Assembly: GCA_046485185.1 (NCBI GenBank)
Contig: JAWOHL010000041.1
Coordinates: 67,299-131,298, forward strand
From: Candidatus Fermentibacteraceae bacterium
Lineage (GTDB): Bacteria; Fermentibacterota; Fermentibacteria; Fermentibacterales; JCC-6
Reading direction: 5' to 3'
Length of the DNA: 64,000 nucleotides
The translations under genes were made by a program, and so were the position numbers. The notes below the pieces were generated by a model. That model saw only the letters and a list, made by a program, of their open reading frames with translations, was not told the origin of the DNA and ran no database searches. This document shows positions 26,295-38,108 of the stretch, piece by piece (within the stretch, counting starts at the first letter, position 1; every line of letters starts with the position of its first letter).

Positions 26295-29200
26295 CTAGTT
26301 CTCCTCCTCGGTAACCAGTTCCACATCCAGGGCCAGGCTTCTCATCTCGTTCAGAAGAACGCTGAAGGCCTCGGGTGTGCTGGAAGGGGGGATGGCCTTT
26401 CCCTGGACGATGCTGCTGTAGGCACGGTTCCTCCCCTCGACGTCATCAGACTTTATCGTGAGCATCTCCTGCAGGCAGTGGGCCGCTCCGTACGCTTCGA
26501 GGGCCCAGACCTCCATCTCACCCAGCCTCTGGCCGCCGTTCTGCGCCTTGCCGCCCAGGGGCTGCTGGGTGACCATGGCATACGGGCCGGTTGACCGGGC
26601 ATGGATCTTGTCTTCCACCTGATGGGCGAGCTTCATCACGTACATGAGGCCCACGGTAACCTTCTCGTTCATGGGTTCGCCTGTTCGGCCATCGTAGAGA
26701 ACCGTCTTGCCGTCGCGGGGCAGGCCGGCCTCTTCCAGCGTTTCCTCTATCACGCTGTTGTGCGCCGAGTCGAACACAGGTGTCACCACATCGAAGCCAA
26801 TCGTCTTGGCCGCCCAGCCGAGATTTGTTTCCATGATCTGGCCAACGTTCATGCGCGAGGGAACGCCCAGCGGGTTGAGACAAATGTCGACGGGCGTGCC
26901 GTCGGGCAGGTAGGGCATGTCCTCCTCGGGGACTATGATGCTCACGATACCCTTGTTGCCGTGTCTGCCAGCGACCTTGTCGCCGACCCTGAGCTTGCGC
27001 CTCTTGGCCACGTAGACCTTCACAAGCTTGATCACGCCCGGTTTCAACTCGTCTCCGACGCTGATCCTGTTCTCGGCCTGCAGAAACTCCTGCTGGATCT
27101 TGTCGAGTTCCCTGTTGGTGCTTCGAAGGATCCTTCTGGCCCTGTCATCTGCCTTGAGGTCTTCGCATAGCTGCCGGCCGTAATCGATGTCTGTGAAGTT
27201 CACCTTGCGCAGTGATGCCGTGGTGAGCTTTCGGCCCGAGGGCACGTACTGCTCGCCGGTCACGGAGTCGATGAGGTTCACGGCCTTCTGACCGGCAAGA
27301 ACCTCGCAGAGCATGTCATCGCGCTCTTTGCAGAGCCGCTGTTCCCTGTTCAGCTTCTGTTCCCTGAGGGCGTCGATGCGTTCCTCGAGAACCCTGCGGC
27401 CCCTCTCGGTGTCGTCCCGGCGGGAGTAGACCTTCACGTCCACCACGATGCCGTCCATGCCGTTGGGAGCCCTGAGGGATGTGTCCTTCACATCGCCGGC
27501 CTTCTGGCCGAAAATGGCCCGGATGAGCCTTTCCGCCGGGGAGAGGTCCTGCTCGCCCTTTGGGCTCACCTTTCCCACGAGGATGTCATCCGACCTTACC
27601 CTGGCGCCGACCATGATTATCCCGTTTTCGTCGAGGTTCCGTTTACGGTCCTCGCCCACGTTGGGGATGTCGCGAAGGAGTTCCTCGGGACCGAGTTTCG
27701 TCTCGCGGAAGTTGACCTCGTACTCCTCTATGTGAACACTGGTGAAAAGGTCGTTCTTCACCAGACGCTCGCTCATCACCACCGCATCTTCGTAGTTGTA
27801 GCCGTTCCAGGGGGTGAAGGCGACAAGGGCGTTCACACCAAGGGCAAGTCTGCCGTCGCTGGTGGCCATGCCGTCTGCGAGGATGACACCCTCCTCGACC
27901 CTCTGGCCCGGGCTGACCATGGGTTTCTGGTTGATGCAGGTGTCCTGGTTGCTTCTCTGGAACTTCTTAAGGTCGTAGATATCATCCCTGTCGAAATCGT
28001 ACTCGTCGCCGTCGGCTCTGACCACGATCTTGCGTGAGTCGACCTCGACCACCACTCCACCCCTCCTGGCGGTGACCAGCGCACCGCTGTCCCGGGCGGC
28101 CACTGCTTCCATCCCGGTTCCCACGACCGGGGGCTGGGTGTAGAGAAGCGGCACAGCCTGCCTCTGCATGTTGGAACCCATCAGTGCCCTGTTGGCATCG
28201 TCATGCTCGAGGAAGGGGATGAGGGCGGCGGACAGACCAACGAGCTGCATTGGACTCACATCGATGTACTCGATGTCGTCCGGGCGCACCATGGGGAAGT
28301 TCCCGGCCTTTCTGGCCCTCACGAGGGAACCTGTGAGGTAACCCCTGGCGTCGACAGGGGAATCCGCCTCGGCGATCGTGGTGCGGTCTTCCCGGTCAGC
28401 GGAAAGGTACACCACCTCGTCAGTGATCTTGCCCTTGATGACACGCCGGTACGGTGTTTCGAGGAAGCCGAAACGGTTTATGGAGGCGTACACCGAAAGG
28501 GTCGTTATGAGCCCGATGTTAGGGCCTTCAGGTGTTTCCACGGGGCAAACCCTGCCGTAATGGGTGTGATGCACGTCTCGAACGTCGAATCCCGCCCTCT
28601 CCCGGGTGAGACCACCCTCGCCAAGAGCGCTCGTGCGTCTCTTGTGGGTGAGTTCAGCCAGTGGGTTGGTCTGCTCCATGAACTGTGAGAGCTGGCTGGA
28701 GCCGAAAAACGTGTTGATGACGCTGGAGAGGGTTCTGGAGTTCACAAGATCCTGCGGGCGGAGCTTGTCCTTGTCCTGGTGGCCCATCTTGTCTCGGATG
28801 GTGCGGGCCATTCGGCTAAGACCCTTGCTGAACTCCTGACTGAGGAGCTCACCCACGGTCTTGACCCTCCGGTTGCCCAGATGGTCGATGTCATCGGCAG
28901 TATTGGTGCCCTCCCGAAGCATTATGAGGTTGTCCACGATTGCCACCAGGTCCTCCACCACGAGGGTGAGACGGTCCATGGAGGTGTTGATGTTCAACCT
29001 CTCGTTCAGCTTGTAGCGCCCGACTTCGCTCAGGCTGTAGCGCTTGCTGTCGAAGAACATGCTTCTGAGGTAGCTTCTCGCATGGTCGAGGGAGGGGGCT
29101 TCTGTGCCGCGGAGTGCTTCGTATATCCACATCGTGGCGGAATCCTCGCTCTTGTCGACACCGGCGCCAAGGCTGGATTCCTCTTTGGCCAGGGTCTTGC

Positions 29201-30095
29201 GGATCCCGTCGAAGTTGTCCCTCTCCGAGCGGGACTCGAGGAACCGGGCTTTGGTTATGCCCCTGGATACAAGGTTCTCCAGCTTCTCAACGGTTTCAAC
29301 CGGTTCGTCACAGCGAACGATAACCTCGCCGGTCGCCGGATCGGCGATGTCCTCGGCGAATGTCCTGTGAATGAAGTCGCTGCTTCTTGACTGACGTTTC
29401 AGCATTGCTTCCAGGTCTTTCTCCACCACGGGATAGAACGCGGCGAGAATCTGTGTGTCTGTGGAAAGACCCAGGGCCCGGAGAAGCATGGTGACCGGTA
29501 TACGTTTGTTGCGCCTGTCGATGATGGCGAAGATCTGATCGTTGGGATCGAGGTTTATCTCGAGCCATGAGCCTCGGTGGGGAATGACCCTGGCGCTGTG
29601 AACCCTGCGGTTCCTCTGCTGGACCTTCTCCTCGAAGAAAACACCGGGGCTCCGGTGAAGCTGGCTTACAATGACCCTTTCAGCGCCGTTGATAATGAAA
29701 GAGCCGCTGTCGGTCATTATGGGCAGACTGCCCAGGAAGACCTTCTGATCAACGCCCATCTTGAAACTCTTGGACTCGGGGTCGCGGGTGACCAGGCGCA
29801 TCACGGCGTTGAGGTTGGCACAGTACGTGACGCCCCTTTCCAGGGCTTCCTTCACGGTGTGCTTCGGAGGGGAAACCTCGAAGCTTACATATTCGAGGGA
29901 AAACTCCTTGCTTGCGCTCTCAATGGGAAATGTGTCGAGAAATATCTTGTGCAAACCTTGTGGAAGTCTTTCATCCGAGGGTACATCAGCCTGTAGAAAA
30001 TTCTCGAAGGAATCACGCTGTACCTTCAGCAGGTCGGGTACTTCAAGGGCAGGGGTAACCCGCGAATAGTTCCTGACAGGTCTATCCTTATTCAC
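26295..30095 (-). CDS. rpoB: DNA-directed RNA polymerase subunit beta (GTG start)
   Basis: 1266 aa, with GRHGNKG, SRMNVGQ and LGEMEVWALEAYGA motifs. Confidence 0.97.
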   Translation of the reverse strand: MNKDRPVRNYSRVTPALEVPDLLKVQRDSFENFLQADVPSDERLPQGLHKIFLDTFPIESASKEFSLEYVSFEVSPPKHTVKEALERGVTYCANLNAVMRLVTRDPESKSFKMGVDQKVFLGSLPIMTDSGSFIINGAERVIVSQLHRSPGVFFEEKVQQRNRRVHSARVIPHRGSWLEINLDPNDQIFAIIDRRNKRIPVTMLLRALGLSTDTQILAAFYPVVEKDLEAMLKRQSRSSDFIHRTFAEDIADPATGEVIVRCDEPVETVEKLENLVSRGITKARFLESRSERDNFDGIRKTLAKEESSLGAGVDKSEDSATMWIYEALRGTEAPSLDHARSYLRSMFFDSKRYSLSEVGRYKLNERLNINTSMDRLTLVVEDLVAIVDNLIMLREGTNTADDIDHLGNRRVKTVGELLSQEFSKGLSRMARTIRDKMGHQDKDKLRPQDLVNSRTLSSVINTFFGSSQLSQFMEQTNPLAELTHKRRTSALGEGGLTRERAGFDVRDVHHTHYGRVCPVETPEGPNIGLITTLSVYASINRFGFLETPYRRVIKGKITDEVVYLSADREDRTTIAEADSPVDARGYLTGSLVRARKAGNFPMVRPDDIEYIDVSPMQLVGLSAALIPFLEHDDANRALMGSNMQRQAVPLLYTQPPVVGTGMEAVAARDSGALVTARRGGVVVEVDSRKIVVRADGDEYDFDRDDIYDLKKFQRSNQDTCINQKPMVSPGQRVEEGVILADGMATSDGRLALGVNALVAFTPWNGYNYEDAVVMSERLVKNDLFTSVHIEEYEVNFRETKLGPEELLRDIPNVGEDRKRNLDENGIIMVGARVRSDDILVGKVSPKGEQDLSPAERLIRAIFGQKAGDVKDTSLRAPNGMDGIVVDVKVYSRRDDTERGRRVLEERIDALREQKLNREQRLCKERDDMLCEVLAGQKAVNLIDSVTGEQYVPSGRKLTTASLRKVNFTDIDYGRQLCEDLKADDRARRILRSTNRELDKIQQEFLQAENRISVGDELKPGVIKLVKVYVAKRRKLRVGDKVAGRHGNKGIVSIIVPEEDMPYLPDGTPVDICLNPLGVPSRMNVGQIMETNLGWAAKTIGFDVVTPVFDSAHNSVIEETLEEAGLPRDGKTVLYDGRTGEPMNEKVTVGLMYVMKLAHQVEDKIHARSTGPYAMVTQQPLGGKAQNGGQRLGEMEVWALEAYGAAHCLQEMLTIKSDDVEGRNRAYSSIVQGKAIPPSSTPEAFSVLLNEMRSLALDVELVTEEEN

Positions 30096-30130
30096 TGCCG
30101 CTCCTCACAACTGAAAGGAAACACGAAACG

Positions 30131-30175
30131 CCCGGAAACGGGGGTTGAAGGGACGGGATCGAATCCCGTCCCTTC
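30131..30175 (-). terminator. rplL-rpoB intergenic attenuator-like structure
   Basis: Perfect 13-bp stem GAAGGGACGGGAT/ATCCCGTCCCTTC (30147-30175), then CCCGTTTCCGGG and a U-rich tract before the rpoB SD. Confidence 0.5.
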
Positions 30176-30196
30176 CGCACGACCCAGATACACTTG

Positions 30197-30577
30197 CTAC
30201 TTGAGTATGACAGTTGCGCCGGCTTCCTCAAGCTGCTTCTTCATCTCTTCGGCTTCGGCCTTCTCCGCGGCTTCCTTGAGCTTGGAGGGGGCTCCGTCCA
30301 CGAGGTCCTTGGCTTCCTTCAGTCCAAGGTTCGTGAGTTCCCTGACTACCTTGATGACAGCGATCTTCTTCGAGCCGAAGCTCTCGAGGATCACGTCGAA
30401 CTCGGTCTGCTCCTCGACTTCAGCGGCGACGGCGGGTCCGGCGGCGGCAACCGCGGCTGCGGGAGCGGCGGCGGAAACGCCGAACTTGGTCTCCATTTCC
30501 TTGACAAGCTCGGCGAGCTCGAGAACGGTCATATTGGAAATGGCCTCGATGATGGCGGCCTTCTTGTCGTCACTCAT
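30197..30577 (-). CDS. rplL: 50S ribosomal protein L7/L12
   Basis: 126 aa, Ala-rich hinge, [22 protein letters not shown]. Confidence 0.97.
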   Translation of the reverse strand: MSDDKKAAIIEAISNMTVLELAELVKEMETKFGVSAAAPAAAVAAAGPAVAAEVEEQTEFDVILESFGSKKIAVIKVVRELTNLGLKEAKDLVDGAPSKLKEAAEKAEAEEMKKQLEEAGATVILK

Positions 30578-30632
30578 GGTTCTTCCTCCGTTTTAGGCAA
30601 TCGGACCCTTGGGTCGCGTTAATGGTATCGAC

Positions 30633-31166
30633 TCAGTTCTCTTTGCTTTCCTTTACGGCGTTGAGCGCGTAAAGAAGCTTCCTCACAATACCGCCGGTGA
30701 CGGTGACAAACCCCCGGATGGGGGCCGTGGCGGAACCCATGACCCTGGCCAGAAGCTCGTCCCGGCCGGGCATATCCGCCAGACTCGCCACCTGAGCCGC
30801 GTTGTAACTCCTCCCGGCTACGAAGCCGCCCTTTATGACGGGCCGTCCCTCGTGGGTTGCGGCAAACTCCTTGAGAACCTTTGCCGGAAGCACTTCATCG
30901 CGGCTTGATGCCAGGGCGGTGGGGCCCTGAAGGTACTGGAAGACGCCCTCTTCACCGGTGAGTTCAACGCCCTTCAGCACTATGTCGAGCAGGGTGTTCT
31001 TCACTACGGTGAAGCTGACCCCGCGCTCACGCATGATCTTCCTCAACTCGGTCATGTCGGCAACGGTGATCCCGGTGAAATCGGCAAGAACAAACGCCCC
31101 GTTGGAACCCAGTTCCTCGGTGAGGGACGCGACCGTTGTCTCTTTTCGCTGTCTTGTGATGCTCAT
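30633..31166 (-). CDS. rplJ: 50S ribosomal protein L10
   Basis: 177 aa from an internal ATG (MSITRQRKETTV...), 10 nt after the rplA stop. Confidence 0.9.
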   Translation of the reverse strand: MSITRQRKETTVASLTEELGSNGAFVLADFTGITVADMTELRKIMRERGVSFTVVKNTLLDIVLKGVELTGEEGVFQYLQGPTALASSRDEVLPAKVLKEFAATHEGRPVIKGGFVAGRSYNAAQVASLADMPGRDELLARVMGSATAPIRGFVTVTGGIVRKLLYALNAVKESKEN

Positions 31167-31176
31167 TCCACCCTCC

Positions 31177-31881
31177 TCACTTGAGAACCAGCCGGAGATC
31201 GGCGGTATCAACCCGAACTCCGGGACCCATGGTGGATGAGACCGACATGCTGATGATGTACTTGCCCTTGGCGGTGGCGGGTTTGAGCTGCATCACCTTC
31301 TCCATGAAGGCCACAATGTTCTCCCTGAGGGCCGGCTCCTCGAAGCTGGCCTTGCCCACAGGAACATGAAGCACACCGGTCTTGTCAACCCTGAAGTTGA
31401 TCTTCCCGGCTTTCGCCTCCCTGACCGCCTGTGACACATCCATTGTCACGGTACCGGTTTTGGGGTTGGGCATGAGACCCCGGGGACCGAGGATTCTGGC
31501 CACCGCGCCCAGGACCTTCATCATGTCCGGCGTGGCGATGACCACATCGAAATCCATCCAGCCGCCCTTGATCCTCTCAACGGTTTCATCGTCGCCGATG
31601 GCGTCCGCGCCGGCTTCCCGGGCCTCTTCTGCCTTCTCGCCCCTGGCGAAGACCAGAACACTGACCGTTCTTCCGGTGCCGTGCGGAAGAATGCAGGTAC
31701 CACGGACGACCTGATCCGAATGCTTCGGATTCACGCCCAGGTTCACCGCAACTTCCACGGTCTCGTCGAACTTCGCGGTGGCGGCGCCCTTCACCAGGGC
31801 GATCGTCTCGTCGAGGGAGTAGATCCTCTGGCGATCGACCGTCTCCCGGGCCTTGGCGAACCTCCTGCTGACACTAGCCAT
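31177..31881 (-). CDS. rplA: 50S ribosomal protein L1
   Basis: 234 aa, with [24 protein letters not shown]. Confidence 0.96.
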   Translation of the reverse strand: MASVSRRFAKARETVDRQRIYSLDETIALVKGAATAKFDETVEVAVNLGVNPKHSDQVVRGTCILPHGTGRTVSVLVFARGEKAEEAREAGADAIGDDETVERIKGGWMDFDVVIATPDMMKVLGAVARILGPRGLMPNPKTGTVTMDVSQAVREAKAGKINFRVDKTGVLHVPVGKASFEEPALRENIVAFMEKVMQLKPATAKGKYIISMSVSSTMGPGVRVDTADLRLVLK

Positions 31882-32302
31882 CCACCACCTCCAGGCCCAT
31901 GCTGCGGGCCGTGCCGCGGATCATCTCTACGGCGGCGTCTTCGGATGCCGCGTTGAGGTCCTTCATCTTGGTGCGGGCGATCTCGCGGCACTGGGCAGTG
32001 GTGACGGTTCCAACCTTGTTGCGGTTGGATTCCGGCGACCCTTTCGCCAGGCCGGCAGCCCTTTTCAGAAGGATCGCCGCGGGAGGTGACTTGAGCTCAA
32101 AGGTAAAGCTTCTGTCTTTGTAGACCGTGACCACCGCAGGGATGATCAGGCCTTCCTGCCCCTGGGTACGGGCATTGAACTCTTTGCAGAATCCTGCCAG
32201 ATTGATTCCGTACTGGCCGAGGGCGGGTCCCACCGGGGGGGCGGGAGTAGCCTGTCCTGCAGAGAGCTGAAGCTTTACCATGCCCAAGATCTTCTTGGCC
32301 AT
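31874..32302 (-). CDS. rplK: 50S ribosomal protein L11
   Basis: 142 aa, [30 protein letters not shown]. Confidence 0.95.
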   Translation of the reverse strand: MAKKILGMVKLQLSAGQATPAPPVGPALGQYGINLAGFCKEFNARTQGQEGLIIPAVVTVYKDRSFTFELKSPPAAILLKRAAGLAKGSPESNRNKVGTVTTAQCREIARTKMKDLNAASEDAAVEMIRGTARSMGLEVVDG

Positions 32303-32402
32303 GGGAACTCCTTTCATCCGCTCCGTTCCTCCCCTTGATGGAACGGTCACGGATCGATTGCGGGGTGGTTCGACCCCTTTGTAAAGGTCCGGGCGGTTTT
32401 GC

Positions 32403-32993
32403 CTAGACCAGTCTTACCTGGGAATGGTCGATCTCCACCGGAGCCTTGCGGCCGAAGATGGTGAAGATGACCCTAACTTTTCCCCTCTCAGGGTTCAGCG
32501 ATTCCACGACGCCGGTGAAGTTTCTGAACGGGCCTTCCACTACCCTCACGGTCTGGCCCACCTTGAAGGAGATCCGTACGACCTTCTTCTCCTCGGTGCT
32601 GCCGTCGGATTGGCCCAGTATCCTTTTCATGTCCGCGTCGGACAGGGGAGTGGGCCGACCCTTGTTCATGGGGGGAAAACCACTGACGTTCACCATTCCC
32701 CTTATGTCCAGGATCATCTCGTCATCGATTTCGAGCTGAACAAAAACGTATCCGGGGTAGAGCTTCTTCTCCCTGGTGATGTCCTTCCCGTTCCGCCGGT
32801 TCGTTATCTCCTCGGTTGGGATCACGACCTTCCCGACCCGTCCGGGAAACTTCCTTGCGAGGGGACCCTCCAGAAACTTCCTGACCCTGAGTTCGTATCC
32901 GGAGTACGAGTGCACCACGTACCACTTGAGATTGGGATTCTCGCTATCCAGTGCGACGGTTCCTTCCGGGGCCGCCTGCGGAGCGGCGACCAT
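32403..32993 (-). CDS. nusG: Transcription termination/antitermination factor NusG
   Basis: [15 protein letters not shown] domain and a C-terminal KOW ([18 protein letters not shown]). Confidence 0.93.
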   Translation of the reverse strand: MVAAPQAAPEGTVALDSENPNLKWYVVHSYSGYELRVRKFLEGPLARKFPGRVGKVVIPTEEITNRRNGKDITREKKLYPGYVFVQLEIDDEMILDIRGMVNVSGFPPMNKGRPTPLSDADMKRILGQSDGSTEEKKVVRISFKVGQTVRVVEGPFRNFTGVVESLNPERGKVRVIFTIFGRKAPVEIDHSQVRLV

Positions 32994-33235
32994 CAGTTGA
33001 ACGACCTGATGAGGAAGGCCATCGTCTGCGAGGATATGGTGTCGGTCAGGAAAATCCAGACCGATACCACGGCAACCGCCGCCAGGATGACCCAGGTGGA
33101 GGCGATCGTCTCATCCTTGGTTGGCCAGGCGACCTTTGTCAGTTCCGCCTTGACTTCGACAAGGAATTCAACTGCAAGCCTTGCCCATCTGGACAGAAAG
33201 CCAAGTTTTCCGCCGTCGGCCGCTTTTGCCGCCAT
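32993..33235 (-). CDS. secE: Preprotein translocase subunit SecE
   Basis: 80 aa from an internal ATG. EVKAELTKVAWPTKDE followed by one TM helix. Upstream track codons overlap tRNA-Trp. Confidence 0.85.
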   Translation of the reverse strand: MAAKAADGGKLGFLSRWARLAVEFLVEVKAELTKVAWPTKDETIASTWVILAAVAVVSVWIFLTDTISSQTMAFLIRSFN

Positions 33236-33276
33236 CTTTTCAATACTCCGTCCCGTTTTAGTTCCGTAAGGGAATC

Positions 33277-33352
33277 TGGCAGGGCAGGAAGGACTTGAAC
33301 CCTCAACCCCCGGATTTGGAGTCCGGTGCACTGCCAATTGTGCTACTGCCCT
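33277..33352 (-). tRNA. trnW: tRNA-Trp (CCA anticodon), 3' CCA encoded
   Basis: Hand-folded cloverleaf: AGGGCAG acceptor, CTCCAAA anticodon loop, TTCAAGT T-loop. Confidence 0.9.
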
Positions 33353-33378
33353 GCGTTCCCTTCAATCCTCGCCCGGTT

Positions 33379-33528
33379 CTATTTGCCTTCCCTGTGCTTG
33401 GTGTGCTTCTGGCAGAACCGGCAATACTTGTTCAGCTCAATCCTGTCCGGATGAGTTCTCTTGTTCTTCGTGGTGCTGTAGTTACGACGCTTGCACTCAG
33501 AACAGGCCATGTTGATTATAACTCGCAC
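33379..33528 (-). CDS. rpmG: 50S ribosomal protein L33 (GTG start, zinc-binding form)
   Basis: 49 aa and so absent from the ORF track: [49 protein letters not shown]. Confidence 0.88.
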   Translation of the reverse strand: MRVIINMACSECKRRNYSTTKNKRTHPDRIELNKYCRFCQKHTKHREGK

Positions 33529-33535
33529 CTTTTAC

Positions 33536-34732
<1,197 letters not shown>

Positions 34733-34805
34733 GTGTCTGGCTCCCTCTCATCAGTGGGTTTCCCGGTTGACCCGGATGGTCCGCCCTTTGCATCAACTCA
34801 CGGTC

Positions 34806-34881
<76 letters not shown>

Positions 34882-34904
34882 CTTTCGACCTTACGAAAAC
34901 TTAC

Positions 34905-34980
<76 letters not shown>

Positions 34981-34998
34981 TCAGAAAAACAAAAACAG

Positions 34999-35084
34999 TG
35001 GTGGCGAGGGGTGGATTTGAACCACCGTAGGCGTCCGCCAACAGATTTACAGTCTGCCCCCTTTGGCCGCTCGGGAACCTCGCC
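34999..35084 (-). tRNA. trnY: tRNA-Tyr (GTA), long variable arm, CCA encoded
   Basis: GGCGAGG acceptor, CCCGAGCGGCCAAAGGGG D-arm, CTGTAAA anticodon loop. Aligns closely with E. coli tyrT. Confidence 0.9.
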
Positions 35085-35123
35085 ACCGTCTATGAAAAAC
35101 GCCACTCAAAGCGTGTTTCTGCC

Positions 35124-35199
35124 TGGAGCTGGCGATGGGAATTGAACCCGCAACCTGCTGATTACAAATCAGCTGCTCTGCCAATTGAGCTACGCCAGC
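35124..35199 (-). tRNA. trnT: tRNA-Thr (TGT), CCA encoded
   Basis: GCTGGCG...TTTGTAA...CGCCAGC-T-CCA. There is one C-A mismatch in the T stem. Confidence 0.85.
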
Positions 35200-35210
35200 A
35201 CAGGGACACG

Positions 35211-35240
35211 AACATACAACAGAAAAACACAATCCGTCAA
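35211..35240 (-). promoter_or_regulatory. Candidate promoter of the tRNA-tuf cluster (TTGACG-N18-TATGTT)
   Basis: The -10 lies 11 nt upstream of the first tRNA 5' end. Confidence 0.4.
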
Positions 35241-35266
35241 GCTTTGTCCGGCGTTCCGGCTGCAAG

Positions 35267-35295
35267 TTGACGAAGCGTCTCTTCCAACATACTCT
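35267..35295 (+). promoter_or_regulatory. Candidate promoter TTGACG-N17-TACTCT for the envelope operon
   Basis: About 30 nt upstream of the GGAGG SD and the ATG at 35328. Confidence 0.3.
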
Positions 35296-35327
35296 ACCGG
35301 GTGGGGAAGATACGTTTTGGAGGTAAA

Positions 35328-36170
35328 ATGTCAACGACCCGCAATAGAATGCTTCTCTCTGCGCCGCTGTTTTTTTCTCTTGCCTGCCTTGCGGTTCTCA
35401 CCGCGGGGTGCGGTGGCGGAGTGAGGAATGAGCTGGCCATGGTGCCCGGCACGTGCCTGTTCCACGTTCACATGGAGAGGGGAATGTCACCGCTTCTTCT
35501 GGACGAGATAATGTCACTTGACAGGAACCTTGTCGTCGCAGAATCGCTTCTCACGCTGGGTCCCGTCGGGGTGACCCTGATGGGGGTGGACATAACCTCG
35601 CTCTCGCCCCAGTTCCTGTTCCTCTCCCGCGAGATCTCCCCGCAGAACGCCGCTTCGATGGTTTCGGGCATGCTCGACCTCACCGGGGCCGAGGGTGAGG
35701 ACAAAACAGACCTTTCGGACGACAGCGGCCTCGTGAGGGCTTCGGTTTCCGCAAGAAATGGCTGGACGGCGATCTACATCGGTCCGGCGGCCAATGTAAC
35801 GATGGACGCATGGCTCCGAATGGACGAAATGGGGTCACTGGCGGCAGACGAAGCACTGCTGCAGGCACTTCCAGCATCGCACCACGCCACGCTCATGCTT
35901 CCGGGCAACCTGTTCACCTTCGTTTCGCTCCTTCCTGTTGAGAGGTACGTCCCCTGGTGGGATGACTACACGGCGGTAGCCCGGGTTGTGCGTCCCTCGG
36001 CGCTCACCCTCTCCCTTTCCTGGCCTTCAACAGGCCCGATCCTGCTGGAGGCCAGGGTTTCCCGTGAGGATGGCGCCATGACCTCGATGGAACTCACCCT
36101 GACCGACACGGCCGTAACTCCCGACAGCGCATTCGTGCTTCTTTCGGGTCTGGCCGGGAGCCTGCTTTGA
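35328..36170 (+). CDS. Lipoprotein of unknown function
   Basis: 280 aa from an internal ATG with a GGAGG SD. Lipobox LTAGCGG. Confidence 0.7.
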   Translation: MSTTRNRMLLSAPLFFSLACLAVLTAGCGGGVRNELAMVPGTCLFHVHMERGMSPLLLDEIMSLDRNLVVAESLLTLGPVGVTLMGVDITSLSPQFLFLSREISPQNAASMVSGMLDLTGAEGEDKTDLSDDSGLVRASVSARNGWTAIYIGPAANVTMDAWLRMDEMGSLAADEALLQALPASHHATLMLPGNLFTFVSLLPVERYVPWWDDYTAVARVVRPSALTLSLSWPSTGPILLEARVSREDGAMTSMELTLTDTAVTPDSAFVLLSGLAGSLL

Positions 36171-36841
36171 GCGCCGTGATAACCGCCCGGGAGATACGCA
36201 GGTCATTCGGTGACATGGCTGTGCTGCGCGGGCTTTCCATGATCGTGGGCGATGGCGAGTTCGTGGCGATCACAGGAAGAAGCGGTTCGGGCAAAAGCAC
36301 GCTCCTTGGAATACTGGGCACCCTTGACCGTGAGTTCCAGGGAAGTCTGAGCATCTCCGGGATCGATACCTCGACCCTCGAGGGCGAAGCCCTTGCTGGT
36401 CTTCGACGGGAACAACTGGGGTTCATCTTTCAGGACTTCCACCTGCTGCCCAACCTGACGGCACTGGAAAACGTGCTTCTTCCAGCGGTTTTCTCCGGAC
36501 GGGACATGGGTCCGGTCGAACGCGAGGCGGCCGATCTGCTGAACCGCCTCGGGGTGCGCATGGACGCCACTCCAAGCCGTTTCCTCTCCCGTGGGGAGAG
36601 GCAAAGGGTGGCGGCTGCCAGAGCCCTGGCGGGCAAGCCACGGGTTCTCCTTGCTGACGAGCCAACCGCCAGCCTCGACGAGGCAAGCGAAGACATACTC
36701 TTCAATCTGCTTGACGCGATGCGGAAGGAGAAGGGGTTCGCCCTCGTGGCTGTGGTTCACACGAAAAGCGTTCTGGAACGGGCCGATCAGGTTCTTGACC
36801 TGAGAGAGGGGGTGCTGCACCATGAGGGCATCCATGCGTAG
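36167..36841 (+). CDS. ABC transporter ATP-binding protein (LolD/MacB/FtsE-like)
   Basis: Walker A GRSGSGKST, LSRGERQRVAAARA, LLADEPTASLD. Its TTG start overlaps the upstream stop (TTGA). Confidence 0.9.
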   Translation: MSAVITAREIRRSFGDMAVLRGLSMIVGDGEFVAITGRSGSGKSTLLGILGTLDREFQGSLSISGIDTSTLEGEALAGLRREQLGFIFQDFHLLPNLTALENVLLPAVFSGRDMGPVEREAADLLNRLGVRMDATPSRFLSRGERQRVAAARALAGKPRVLLADEPTASLDEASEDILFNLLDAMRKEKGFALVAVVHTKSVLERADQVLDLREGVLHHEGIHA

Positions 36842-38108
36842 GGCCATGCACCTGTGGAACAAGGGTCACTGGAGGGATTACCTTTTCAGCCAGGCCATGC
36901 TTCTCGTTGCAGCCCTTCTTCTGGTGTTCTTCATTTCCATTGGGCTCGGGGTCGGTCGCATCCTCGACCGCTTCCTTTCAAGCGACCTTCCGGAAGAGCA
37001 GGTCAGGGTTACACCCCAGGTCATATCGGCGGGTTCCTTCCAGACCGAACGGGGCGGGGTGGAGATTACCGACGCCCTTCTGGATTCACTTGCTAAAATG
37101 CCCCAGGTGGCCCGGATCGACAGACAGGTCTACGCCCGTGTCCCCGCCTACCTGCGGGGGCTTCTTGGCGGAAGGAACTACTACACGGACATAACCATAG
37201 AGGGCGTGACCGAAGCCTTCGTCCCCGACAGCCTTTTGGAAAGGTTCGGATGGGACTACACCCTGGCGGACAGCTCCCGGACACGGCTTCCCATAATTCT
37301 CTCTGAAAACCTGCTTCTCCTCTACAACGCCGGATTCGCCGATCCGAACGGTCTGATGGGACTCACGCAGCAGGGCGTGGTTGGTCTCGAGTGCCAGATC
37401 ACCCTTGGCGCAAGTTCGCTTACAAGCCTTCAGGCAAGACCGGTCACTATCAACGCCCAGATCGTGGGGACCAGCAGAAACATGGCCCTGTTCGCCCTGG
37501 CGGTTCCCATAGGTTTTGTCGAAGAAGTGAACCGGATGTACCTGCCGGACAGACCACACAGCTACAGCGCCCTCATGGTGACCGCCACGACCGCCGAGGA
37601 GGTCCCCGAGATCGTCCGCAAGGCCGAATCCCTGGGACTCAGCGCTGAGACCCACCGTGGGATCGCCCAGAAGGCCGAGGTACTCGTGGGGATAGTCACC
37701 GCCGCCCTGGGTGCCCTTGCGGTTGCCATACTCGGAGCCGCCCTGGCCAGCGCGGTCCACACCCTTGTGGCGGACCTGAAGAACCGCTCGTACGCTCTGG
37801 GCGTGCTGGTCGCCCTGGGAACCACCAGTGACCGGCTGGCCCAGGTCTTCGCCTTCCAGATCTTCCTCATGTCCGCCGTCACCACCGCCCTGGGAGGGCT
37901 TCTCGGCTGTGGTCTGGCAGCTCTGGTGAGTTACGGGCTTCTTACGCTGCTTCCCGTGCTGCACATGGTGGTGCCGTCCCTGGCAGTGTTTCCCGTGCTT
38001 CACATGGCAGCAGGGCTGGGAACCGTGCTGCTGGTCTCCACCGCGTGGGCATGGTTCTTCTTCAGACGGATACTCGGCACCCCCGTGACCGAGCTTTTGA
38101 GGCGCTGA
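36822..38108 (+). CDS. FtsX-like ABC transporter permease
   Basis: N-terminal TM, large periplasmic loop, three C-terminal TM helices. Confidence 0.75.
   Translation: MRASMRRAMHLWNKGHWRDYLFSQAMLLVAALLLVFFISIGLGVGRILDRFLSSDLPEEQVRVTPQVISAGSFQTERGGVEITDALLDSLAKMPQVARIDRQVYARVPAYLRGLLGGRNYYTDITIEGVTEAFVPDSLLERFGWDYTLADSSRTRLPIILSENLLLLYNAGFADPNGLMGLTQQGVVGLECQITLGASSLTSLQARPVTINAQIVGTSRNMALFALAVPIGFVEEVNRMYLPDRPHSYSALMVTATTAEEVPEIVRKAESLGLSAETHRGIAQKAEVLVGIVTAALGALAVAILGAALASAVHTLVADLKNRSYALGVLVALGTTSDRLAQVFAFQIFLMSAVTTALGGLLGCGLAALVSYGLLTLLPVLHMVVPSLAVFPVLHMAAGLGTVLLVSTAWAWFFFRRILGTPVTELLRR

Noticed and set aside
26294-26326. Upstream ATG (26326) extending rpoC by 11 codons into rpoB.
   Set aside because: The ATG at 26293 has a perfect GAGGAGGAG SD and sits 1 nt after the rpoB stop. 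The extension (MWNWLPRRRTR) is not conserved-looking.
21857-30069. Long antisense ORFs inside rpoC and rpoB, for example 21857..23269, 24377..26314 and 28779..29390.
   Set aside because: Shadow frames of highly conserved genes. They have no SD or independent motif support.
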